The position numbers were made by a program, and so were the translations under genes. The notes below the pieces were generated by a model. It had not been told where the DNA came from and did not search any database. It saw only the letters and a program-made list of their open reading frames with translations. A stretch of 64,000 bases of DNA from an uncultured Actinomycetes bacterium (GTDB lineage Bacteria > Actinomycetota > Thermoleophilia > Gaiellales > Gaiellaceae): assembly GCA_963711315.1 (NCBI GenBank), contig CAVQDQ010000004.1:7825-71824 (forward strand), written 5' to 3'. Positions 38,730-47,420 of the stretch are shown here, in pieces (the stretch's first letter is position 1; each line of letters starts with the position of its first letter).

Positions 38730-40154
38730 ATCTTGGCCGGATCGCTGATGAGGTTCACGTACTTCCACTCCGAGTACACGTCGAGCGCCTCCACACCGGG
38801 CTCGCGCCAGCCGGTGCCCGATTGCTTCACGCCGCCGAAGCCCATGTGCGGCTCCGAGCCATGCGTCCCGCCGTTCACGACGACGACGCCAGCCTCCGCC
38901 TTCTCGGCAAACCGCATCGCTCGGTGCAGGCTCGCCGTGTGAACGGCGCACGTGAGGCCGTACGGCGAGTCGTTGACGACGGTCAGCGAGTCCGCCAGGT
39001 CATGGACGCGATAGAGGATCGTCACGGGGCCGAACAGCTCGGTGCAAGAGAGCTCGGCGTCGGCAGCAACGTCTTCCAGGATCGTCGGCGCAAGCCACCA
39101 ACCGTCACGCTCGAGACGCTCGCCGCCGCAAAGCACTCTGGCGCCCGCCTCGCGTGCCCGCGCGAGGGCATCGAGGATTCGGCCGAGGCTCGCCTCGCTG
39201 ATCACCGGGCCCGTGTCCGCGAACTCCTGGGCGGCTTCCACAAAGCGGCTGCGGAACTCGTCGTACACGGCGTCGAAGATGACGATTCTCGAGGCGGCCG
39301 CACACCGCTGGCCGGCGTTCGAGAACGACGATTGCACCGCCCAGCGGACGGCGTTGTCCAGATCCGCGTCGTCGCAGACGACCAGTGCGTTCTTGCCGCC
39401 CAGCTCCAGGCAGACCTTCGCCAGCCGCCGGCCGGCCGCCTCCGCGATCCAACGCCCCGTCGCCGCCGAGCCCGTGAAGCTGACGAGATCGACCTGCGGA
39501 TGCTCGACCAGGGCGGCACCAGCCTCGGCGCCGAGCCCCTGCACGACGTTGAGGACGCCCGCCGGCACACCGACCTCGTGGCAGACACGCGCGAAGAGTT
39601 GTGCCGAGAGCGGCGTCTCCTCGGAGGGTTTCAGCACGGTGCCGTTGCCGCAGAAGATCGCCGGGAACACCTTCCAGGCGACGTTCGGAAGCGGTGTGTT
39701 GAAGGAGATCAGCAGGCCCGCAACGCCCACGGGCTGCCGGACGGCCATCACCGTGCGGTGGGGCATGCTCGCGGTCGTCGTCCGTCCGTAGTAGCGGCGG
39801 CCCTCGCCCGCCACGAAGAGCCCCAGCTCGATCGCCGCGTCGGTCTCACCCAGGGCGAGCGCCTCTGCCTTTCCAGTCTCCTCGACGACGACCTCCGAGA
39901 GCTCCTCGCGCCGTTCCCGCAGCGCCAGCGAGATCTCGCGGACGAGATCGCCGCGCTCTACCGCCGTCCGCTCGGCCCAGGGCTCCTGTGCCACCCGCGC
40001 AGCCTGCACCGCAGCGTCGACGTCGGCCGCCCCGGACCGCGCAACGCGACACAGCGGCGCGCCGTCCGACGGCCGCAGCTTCTCGAGCCACTCGCCCCGA
40101 GCTCGCCGGCACCGCCTCGCCCGCGATGAGGTTGGGCACGTCGGCGACAGCCAC
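38726..40154 (-). pseudogene. NAD(P)+-dependent aldehyde dehydrogenase, one homopolymer frameshift near the N-terminus
   Basis: The GTG at 40154 gives VAVADVPNLIAGEAVPASSG, which stops matching at the G4 run (plus-strand CCCC at 40095-40098). It then continues as EWLEKLRPSDGAP...FTGS...ELGGKN...SNAGQRCAA.... An AAGG lies upstream of the GTG. Confidence 0.88.
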
Positions 40155-40164
40155 GGGGCCAACC

Positions 40165-40632
40165 TTAGGCGCTCGCTTGATCGGGCGACGGCCGCAGCAC
40201 GAGCGTCTCATTCGGTGCGTGCGCAAGCATCCAGGCGACGTCCTTGCCCGAGAAGCCGGGATGTCCCGGAGCGAGCGCGGGCACGAGGATGCGATCGAAG
40301 GTCTCCACCTCCCACAGTCTCCCGAGTGCATCGATCGGCGTCCGCCCTCGCTCTATGCGGGCATCGACCGGGACGCCGGCGCGCGCAGCAGCGGTCTCGA
40401 CTGCTTCCAGCAGCGGCAGCGCTTCCTCGGCCTGCCGTGCGAGCGCGGCTTCGACGTCGAACTCGAGCGGCACCACGACGAGAAAGGCGGCGACGAGGAT
40501 CGCTTCCTCCGCCCGTGCGATGCGAATCGCCGCCTGCAGCACTGCCGGATCGAGCGCGCCGTCCGCGAAGGGCACTAGCAGCCGCGGCTGGCCCTCGCGC
40601 CGTTCGGCCGTCTTTCGTCGCCGGAGCCTCAC
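40165..40632 (-). CDS. Universal stress protein (Usp) family
   Basis: 155 aa with LLVPFADGALDPAVLQAAIRIARAEEAILVAAFLVVVP.... It forms a GTGA overlap with the KdpD-N gene. Its stop lies 10 nt before the ALDH start. Confidence 0.7.
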   Translation of the reverse strand: MRLRRRKTAERREGQPRLLVPFADGALDPAVLQAAIRIARAEEAILVAAFLVVVPLEFDVEAALARQAEEALPLLEAVETAAARAGVPVDARIERGRTPIDALGRLWEVETFDRILVPALAPGHPGFSGKDVAWMLAHAPNETLVLRPSPDQASA

Positions 40633-41717
40633 GGCGGTCGCTCCTCGCGCAGCGCGCGGTCGGCGATGACGCGGATGTCGATCCCGGGCAGCTCGCGGAC
40701 CATCCGGGACAACAGCGACCCGCGGACGATCTCAACGCGGCGGCGCTCGTCGGGCGTGCCGACGAAGACGTACGTCGACCCGCGCTCGGCGGCCACCCGT
40801 CCGACCGTCGCCACGAGGTCATCGCCCTCCTCCTCGAGGAAATGGACGCCGAGGATGGAGGCGAGCCGCCGCAGGGCGGCCAGCTGCGTTGCCTCCTCGG
40901 CCGTGAGCTGCTGGCCGGGGTGGCGCATCCACATGGCGTCGATATCGCTTCCCAGCCGCTGCGCCGACCGCCAGGCGCGGCGCAGGATGCGCTGGGACTT
41001 CGGCTGCGGTTCGATGAGTGCGAGCACCCGCTCCGTGACCGCCTGCTGGCTGAGCGGGTCGAGCACCTTCGGTGAGCGACGGGCCTCGACGTCCTCGGCC
41101 ACCTCTCGCAGCGCAAGCTCACGCAGCGCGGAAAGGTTCTCCTGGGTGAAGAAGTTCAGCAACGCCCGCTCGGCCTGGCCGCCGGGGTAGACCTTGCCCG
41201 CCCGCAAGCGCTCCTGCAGCGCCTCGGGCGAGAGATCGACCAACACGACCTCGTCGGCGTCGTCCAGCACGCGGTCGGGGAAGGTCTCGCGGACGCGAAC
41301 TTCGGTCAGCTCCGCGACTGCGTCGTTGAGGCTCTCCAGGTGCTGGACGTTCACCGTCGAGATGACGTCGATACCGGCGGCGAGGATCTCGTCGATGTCC
41401 TGGTAGCGCTTCTCGTTGCGCGAGCCGGGGGCGTTCGTATGCGCAAGCTCGTCGACGAGTGCGAGCTCGGGCGCCCGGCGTATGACGGCGTCCACATCCA
41501 TCTCCTCGAGCCCGAGCGAGCCGTGCTCGATGGGTCGGCGCGGCACGGTCTCGAGCCCCTCGGCGAGGGCGGCCGTCTCAGGACGATCGTGCGGCTCGAG
41601 GTAGCCGATCACGACGTCTCGGCCTTCCGCCTTTGCCTGGCGACCCTCCTGGAGCATCCGGTAGGTCTTGCCGACGCCGGCCGCCATCCCGAGGAGGATC
41701 CGGTACCGGCCTCGCAT
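40629..41717 (-). CDS. Stand-alone KdpD N-terminal sensor domain (KdpD-N plus Usp-like), without TM or kinase parts
   Basis: Reads MRGRYRILLGMAAGVGKTYRMLQEG...VIGYLEPHDRPET...ALVDELAHTN...RYQDIDEILAAGIDVISTVNVQHLES.... It ends after the Usp-like region, at 362 aa. Confidence 0.85.
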   Translation of the reverse strand: MRGRYRILLGMAAGVGKTYRMLQEGRQAKAEGRDVVIGYLEPHDRPETAALAEGLETVPRRPIEHGSLGLEEMDVDAVIRRAPELALVDELAHTNAPGSRNEKRYQDIDEILAAGIDVISTVNVQHLESLNDAVAELTEVRVRETFPDRVLDDADEVVLVDLSPEALQERLRAGKVYPGGQAERALLNFFTQENLSALRELALREVAEDVEARRSPKVLDPLSQQAVTERVLALIEPQPKSQRILRRAWRSAQRLGSDIDAMWMRHPGQQLTAEEATQLAALRRLASILGVHFLEEEGDDLVATVGRVAAERGSTYVFVGTPDERRRVEIVRGSLLSRMVRELPGIDIRVIADRALREERPP

Positions 41718-41726
41718 GGCGGGAGG

Positions 41727-43786
41727 TTATGCCCCGAAGACGTTGTGGATGAGCAGGTCGATCAGCTTGATGCCGACGAACGGCAGGATCACGCCGCCCA
41801 GCCCGTAGATGAGGAGGTTGCGCCGCAGCAGCGCCGTCGCCCCGATCGCGCGGTACTTCACGCCGCGCAGAGCGAGCGGTACGAGCGCGGGGATGACGAG
41901 CGCGTTGAAGATGATCGCGGAGATGATCGCGCTGTAGGGGCTGCCGAGGTTCATGACGTTCAGCTGGCCGAGAGGGCCTTCCTCGCCCGGAACAGTGGAG
42001 TAGGTGAAGGCGAACATCGCCGGCAGGATGGCGAAGTACTTTGCGACATCGTTCGCGATCGAGAACGTCGTCAGCGAGCCGCGGGTGATGAGGAGCTGCT
42101 TCCCGACCTCGACGATCTCGATGAGCTTCGTCGGGTTGGAGTCGAGGTCGACCATGTTGCCGGCCTCCTTGGCAGCGGTCGTCCCGGTGTTCATCGCCAC
42201 GCCGACGTCGGACTGGGCCAGCGCAGGCGCGTCGTTCGTCCCGTCACCCGTCATCGCGACCATGCGGCCGCGAGCCTGCTCCTCCCGGATGAGCTCGAGC
42301 TTCCGCTCGGGCGTCGCCTCGGCGAGGAAGTCGTCGACGCCCGACTCCTGCGCGATCACGGCGGCGGTGACCGGGTTGTCGCCCGTGATCATCACCGTGC
42401 GGATGCCCATCTTCCGCAGCTCGTCGAAGCGCTCGTTCATGCCGCCCTTGACGATGTCCTTGAGGTGGACGACGCCGAGCGCGAAGTTGTCCTTGGCGAC
42501 GACGAGCGGCGTGCCTCCCTGCTCGGCCACCTGCTGCACGATCCCGTCGAGCTCGGCGGGGGCGCTCCCTCCCTGCTCGCGATGAACTCCTTGACGGCGT
42601 CGGCGGCGCCCTTGCGGATCATCGTCCCGTTCATGTTGAGGCCGCTCATGCGCGTCGTCGCGGAGAACGCCACGAACTCGTGCTGCTCGCCGAGCTCGCG
42701 CTCGCGCAGCCCGAACTGCTCTTTGGCGAGCACGACGATCGAGCGGCCTTCGGGAGTCTCGTCGGCGAGTGAGGCGAGCTGTGCCACCTCTGCCAGCTCG
42801 AGCGTCTCGACACCTGAGAGCGGCAAGAACTCGGCTGCCTGACGGTTGCCGAGCGTGATCGTGCCGGTCTTGTCGAGCAGCAGGACGTCGACGTCGCCCG
42901 AGGCCTCTACCGCGCGGCCGGACATCGCGAGCACGTTGCGCTGCACGAGGCGGTCCATGCCGGCGATGCCGATCGCCGAGAGCAGCGCGCCGATCGTCGT
43001 CGGGATGAGGGCCACGAGCAGCGCGATGAGGACGGTCTGGGACAGATGCGTGCCGGCGTAGTCCGCGAACGGCGCCAGCGTGACCGTCGCGACGACGAAC
43101 GTGATGGTCAGGCCGGCGAGCAGGATGTTGAGCGCGATCTCGTTCGGCGTCTTGCGGCGCTCGGCGCCCTCGACGAGGGCGATCATGCGGTCGAGGAACG
43201 AGCGGCCCGGCTCCTGCGTGACCTCGATGACGAGCCGGTCCGAGAGCAGCCGTGTGCCGCCGGTCACGGCCGAGCGGTCGCCGCCTGCCTCGCGGATCAC
43301 CGGCGCCGACTCGCCCGTGATCGCGGACTCGTCGACCGAGCCCACGCCCTCGATGATCTCGCCGTCGGCGGGGATGACCTGGCCGGCTTCGACCACGACG
43401 ATGTCGCCGCGCTGGAGATCGGGTGCGGCAACCTCCTCCAGCCCGCCGGTGTCGGTTCGCCGGAAGGCCATGGTCGTCGTGCGCGTGGCGCGCAGCGCGT
43501 TGGCCTGCGCCTTGCCACGGCCTTCGGCGACCGCCTCCGCGAAGTTCGCGAACAGCACCGTCAGCCATAGCCAGAGCGCGATCGTGCCGGTGAACCAGAG
43601 CGGCTCCGATTCGTCCGACGAGAAGAGGTCGCGGAAGAAGATCACCGTCGTGATCACGCTGCCCAGCTCGACGATGAAGATCACCGGGTTGCGGAAGAGC
43701 GTCCGCGGGTCGAGCTTCACGAACGAGTCGCCAATCGCGTGGAAGACGATCGCGCGGGTGAAGATGCCGCCGCTGCGCGTCGTCAT
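41727..43786 (-). pseudogene. kdpB: K+-transporting P-type ATPase subunit B, one apparent frameshift
   Basis: Starts [39 protein letters not shown]. Contains ...[13 protein letters not shown].... The break is near 42560-42590. It then continues as ...[11 protein letters not shown]...[13 protein letters not shown].... The ATG overlaps the kdpC stop (ATGA). Confidence 0.9.
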
Positions 43787-44368
43787 GCCGTCTCCTCGTC
43801 CAGCGCCAGGTTGAGCTCGAGCACGTTCACGCCCGGCTCGCCGAAGATGCCCAGCCAGCGCCCGTCTGTGTTCTCGTCGATCAGCCCCTCGACGCGGTCC
43901 AGGGAGAGCCCACGGACTTCCGCCACGCGCGCCGTCTGGAGTTGGGCGTTGGCCGGGGAGATGTGCGGATCGATGCCCGACCCAGAGGTCGTCACGGCGT
44001 CGACGGGGATGTCGCCGATCCGCAGACCCGGGTTGTAGGGGCGCTCCAGCTTGAGAATCGCGAGCACGCGTTGACGTACGGCCTTCGCGAGGTCGGGGTT
44101 CGTCGGGCCGAGGTTGGCGAACGTCGTCGCGGCGGCGTTGTACTCGGGTGCCGTCGCCGAGGGCCGCGGGTGGAAGTACTCGCGGCTTTGTGAACGCCTG
44201 CGCGGCGAGGCGGGAGCCGACGATCTTGCCGTCGCGCTCGATGAGGCTGCCGTCCGCGCGGCCGGGCGCGATGAGCTGCGCGAGCCCGGTGAACGCGAGG
44301 GGATAGGCGAGGCCGAAGACGAGCGTCAGCACGACGACGGCGATGACGGAGCGGCCGAGCGTGCGCAT
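43783..44368 (-). pseudogene. kdpC: K+-transporting ATPase subunit C, one apparent frameshift
   Basis: [24 protein letters not shown]...[23 protein letters not shown] continues after a break near 44186 as [31 protein letters not shown]...[16 protein letters not shown]...[11 protein letters not shown]. It is located between kdpA and kdpB. Confidence 0.88.
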
Positions 44369-46072
44369 CAGGGAGAAAGCGCCTCCACGATCGGGCCCAG
44401 AGTGAGGGCCGGGAAGAGCATCAGGCCGGCGGTCAGGATCGCGACGCCTACGAGCAGGACGGCGAACGTCGTGCCGTCGGTGCGGAACGTTCCCGCGGAC
44501 GGCGGTACGGTCCTCTTGGCGGCCAGCGAGCCACCCAGCGCCAGCGCTGCGATGAGCGGCGCGAAGCGTCCCAGCCAGAGCGCAATCGAGCCGACGAGCG
44601 TCGAGAACTCCGTCGCGCCGTAGCCGGCGAACGCGCTGCCGTTGTTGTTCGACTGGGAGTCGTAGGCGTACAGCGCCTCGGAGAAGCCGTGCGCAGCCGG
44701 ATTGAAGATGGATGCCAGGCCGCGATCGGTGGCGATCGAGATCGCAGTCAGTACGAGCACCATCGTCGGCACCAAGAGCGCGCCGACAGCAGCGAGCTTG
44801 ATCTCCCTCGCCTCGATCTTCTTCCCGAGGTATTCGGGCGTACGGCCCACCATCAGCCCCGCCACGAAGACGGCGATGACGATGTAGAAGAACATCCCGT
44901 AGAGACCGGAGCCGACACCGCCCCAGATGACCTCGCCCGTGAACATGTTCGCAATGGGCACGGCTCCGCCCGTCGCGGTCAACGCGTCATGGCCGCCGTT
45001 GACCGACCCGTTGGAGGCGTTCGTCGTCGCCACGGCCCAGTTGACCGTGGACGCGATGCCGTAGCGGACCTCCTTGTCGGACATGTTGCCGCCGCTCTGC
45101 CCGTCGCCGGCAGTGATGTTCACGCCGGAGTCACGTAACACCTGGGATCCGTGCTGCTCGGCCGGTAGCGCGACGGCGAGGCCGATGATCGTCATCGCCA
45201 TCATGGCCCCGTAGATGGGCAGCGCCTGGCGGCGCGCCCCGATCATGCGGCCGAACATGAAGACCTGCGCTGCGGGGATGAGCAGGATGGACAGCATCTC
45301 CAGGAGGTTCGTGAAGGGGTTCGGGTTCTCGAAGGGAACGGCCGAGTTCGAGTTGTAGAAGCCGCCGCCGTTCGTCCCCAGCTGCTTGATCGCGATCTGC
45401 GTCGCCGCCGGGCCGCGTGCGATCGTCTGCTGGGCGCCCTCGACCGTCGTCGCGGTCGCCTAGCCGTCGAACGTCTGCACGACGCCCTGTGTGATGAGCA
45501 CCACCGCGAGAATCGCGGCCAGCGGGCAGCAGGATGTAGACGAGCGAGCGGTAGAGGTCGACCCAGAAGTTGCCGACCGTCGACGCCGAGCGCCGCGCGA
45601 AGCCGCGGATGACGGCGACCAGCACGGCCATGCCGAGCGCAGCGGACACGAAGTTCTGCACTGCCAGCCCGGCCATCTGGCTCAGGTACGACATCGTGTA
45701 CTCGCCGCCGTAGTACTGCCAGTTCGTGTTGGTGACAAAGCTCGCGGTCGTGTTCATGGAGACCCACGAGTTCACGCCTTTGAGGCCATCGGGGTTGAAC
45801 GGCAGGTGACCTTGTAGCCGCAGCAGGAGATAGAGCAGCACGGCGAAGACGCCCATGAAGATGAGCGCCGTCTTCGCATAGCCCTTCCAGCCCTGCTCCT
45901 CCTCGGCCCGCGTTCCCAGGAGCCGGTAGAAGCCGCGCTCCGGTGCGGTGAGCCAGCGCGGCATGCGCAGCGTGCCCGCGTAGACCCGCGACATGTAGAT
46001 GCTGAGCGGGTACGCCAGCACCGTGAGGATCACGACGTAGAGGACGATCTGCGTGATGCCGTTGCCGGTCAC
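44368..46072 (-). pseudogene. kdpA: K+-transporting ATPase subunit A, one frameshift plus an in-frame TAG
   Basis: The GTG at 46072 overlaps the kdpF stop. VTGNGITQIVLYVVIL...NTNWQYYGGE... breaks near 45520. It continues as ...[61 protein letters not shown]..., with the TAG at 45460-45462. The frame is then intact to 44368. Confidence 0.9.
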
Positions 46073-46158
46073 AGCTTCTCGCCTCGGAACAGCACGTAGA
46101 CGAGATACGCGACCACGAGTACCGCGACGACGAGGCCGAAGATGTCGCCCGCGGCCAT
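46069..46158 (-). CDS. kdpF: K+-transporting ATPase subunit F (29 aa)
   Basis: Reads MAAGDIFGLVVAVLVVAYLVYVLFRGEKL. It is a single hydrophobic helix. Its stop overlaps the kdpA GTG (GTGA). Its ATG overlaps the stop of the preceding small ORF. Confidence 0.75.
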   Translation of the reverse strand: MAAGDIFGLVVAVLVVAYLVYVLFRGEKL

Positions 46159-46241
46159 CAGACGCGGCTCAACACGTAGATGACCGCGAACGAGAACGCG
46201 AAGCACGCGAGCGCGATGACGATGCCGAGCAACTCGACCAT
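46158..46241 (-). CDS. Small hydrophobic ORF (27 aa) immediately upstream of kdpF
   Basis: Reads MVELLGIVIALACFAFSFAVIYVLSRV. It is chained by TGATG overlaps to both neighbours. No family was recognised. Confidence 0.4.
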   Translation of the reverse strand: MVELLGIVIALACFAFSFAVIYVLSRV

Positions 46242-46537
46242 CAGTGCTCCAGCGCCTCGGCCGCGTCGTCAAGTGCTTCGCCGAGCTCGTCCGCCCGGTC
46301 ACGGTCGTGAAGCGGGCTCCAGGGGTCGTCGAGCAGTTGCTCGAGGAGCAGGACGCCGCGCGGCGCGACAGGGCGCTCGAGATCGGCGAGCCGGTCGGCG
46401 AGCGCGAGAAAACTCTCCGCTTCCGCGCGAACGGCGAGGCGGTCGAACGTCTGGGCACCAGGGAGATAGCGGGCGTCGGAATCGTGGACGAGCCGGCGCA
46501 GCGTGTGCGCGAGGTCGAGGCGCCGCTTCGGGATCAC
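46241..46537 (-). CDS. Hypothetical acidic helical protein (98 aa), first ORF of the kdp transcription unit
   Basis: The GTG at 46537 gives VIPKRRLDLAHTLRRLVHDSDARYL...LLEQLLDDPWSPLHDRDRADELGEALDDAAEALEH. Third positions are G/C-rich on this strand. Its stop overlaps the next ORF's start (TGATG). Confidence 0.5.
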   Translation of the reverse strand: MIPKRRLDLAHTLRRLVHDSDARYLPGAQTFDRLAVRAEAESFLALADRLADLERPVAPRGVLLLEQLLDDPWSPLHDRDRADELGEALDDAAEALEH

Positions 46538-46699
46538 GAGCTCGGCCGCGCGCCAGGAAAGCCGCAGGGACGGGCACCGGCGAACGAAGCAGCTCCCGGT
46601 CCGCGACCCGTCGCGCGCGCGCGCAGCTGGCGCCGCTGGCGAAACGATTGCACGACCTGCGTCAAGATATTCGAGGCTACGGACGGCCGCCTGAGCGCC

Positions 46700-46738
46700 G
46701 TCTAAGGGTTCGAGCCGCCGGTCTAAGAGTTGTCTAAA
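46700..46738 (-). promoter_or_regulatory. Three phased direct heptad repeats (minus strand TTTAGAC, CTTAGAC, CTTAGAC; starts spaced 11 and 21 nt). Candidate KdpE operator.
   Basis: The plus-strand copies are GTCTAAG at 46700-46706 and 46721-46727, and GTCTAAA at 46732-46738. They lie in the only sizeable intergenic gap of the minus-strand train. A TANNNT hexamer (TAGCCT, 46674-46679) lies downstream. Confidence 0.45.
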
Positions 46739-47420
46739 GCGCCGGATTGACCAGGCGGTAGCCGACGCCGGCCTCCGTGAGGATGTACCTCGGTCGCGAT
46801 GGATCGGGCTCGAGCTTGCGTCTCAGCTGCGACACGTAGACGTGGATGTAGCTCGACTCCCGCTGGTAGGCGGGCCCCCAGACCTCGCGCAGGAGCGTCG
46901 TGTGGGTGAGCAGCTTGCCTTCGTTCTTCGCCAGCAGGCGGAGCAGCTCGAACTCGTGCGGCGTGAGGTGGACGGGCTCTCCCGCCATGGCCACCGAGTG
47001 CTTCTCGAGGTCGACGACGAGGTCGCCGATCTCGAGCACGGTGAGGCCGGCGGGCTCGACTCTCCGCAGCACCGCCCGCAGCCGCGCGAGTAGCTCGCCG
47101 ATCGCGAACGGCTTCGTGACGTAGTCGTCGGCGCCGGCGTCGAGCGCCGCCACCTTCTCCGCCTCCTCGCCGACGGCCGAGACGAGGATGATCGGCGCCT
47201 GCGTCCACTCGCGCAGCTCGCGGCAGACGTCGGTGCCGCGCCCGTCAGGCAGCAGGAGGTCGAGGATGATCGCCTCGGGCGGCTGCAGCCCGGCCGCAGC
47301 AAGCGCCTCCTGGGCCGTCGTTGCCGTCGCGACGTCGTAGCCGGCGCCGCGGAGGTTCGTCTGCAGTGCCCGTAGGAATTGCGGCTCGTCGTCGACGACG
47401 AGAATCCGCTCTCCGCTCAC
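46734..47420 (-). CDS. kdpE: OmpR/PhoB-family response regulator (KdpE-like)
   Basis: Contains ILVVDDEPQFLRAL...IILDLLLPDGRG...DDYVTKPF (receiver domain). A winged-helix domain follows (...LTPHEFELLRLL...VYVSQLRRKLE...GVGYRL). It forms a GTGA overlap with the kinase gene. Confidence 0.92.
   Translation of the reverse strand: MSGERILVVDDEPQFLRALQTNLRGAGYDVATATTAQEALAAAGLQPPEAIILDLLLPDGRGTDVCRELREWTQAPIILVSAVGEEAEKVAALDAGADDYVTKPFAIGELLARLRAVLRRVEPAGLTVLEIGDLVVDLEKHSVAMAGEPVHLTPHEFELLRLLAKNEGKLLTHTTLLREVWGPAYQRESSYIHVYVSQLRRKLEPDPSRPRYILTEAGVGYRLVNPAL

Noticed and set aside
46609-46624. An alternating CG tract (about 14 nt, Z-DNA-prone) in the kdp leader as a regulatory element
   Set aside because: Short CG alternations are expected by chance in DNA this GC-rich, and there is no associated symmetry or repeat.
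46704-46722. A GGTTCGAGCC string resembling a tRNA T-arm/T-loop in the kdp control region
   Set aside because: The flanking bases (AAGGG / CGCCG) cannot form the T-stem. No acceptor, D or anticodon arms can be drawn around it.
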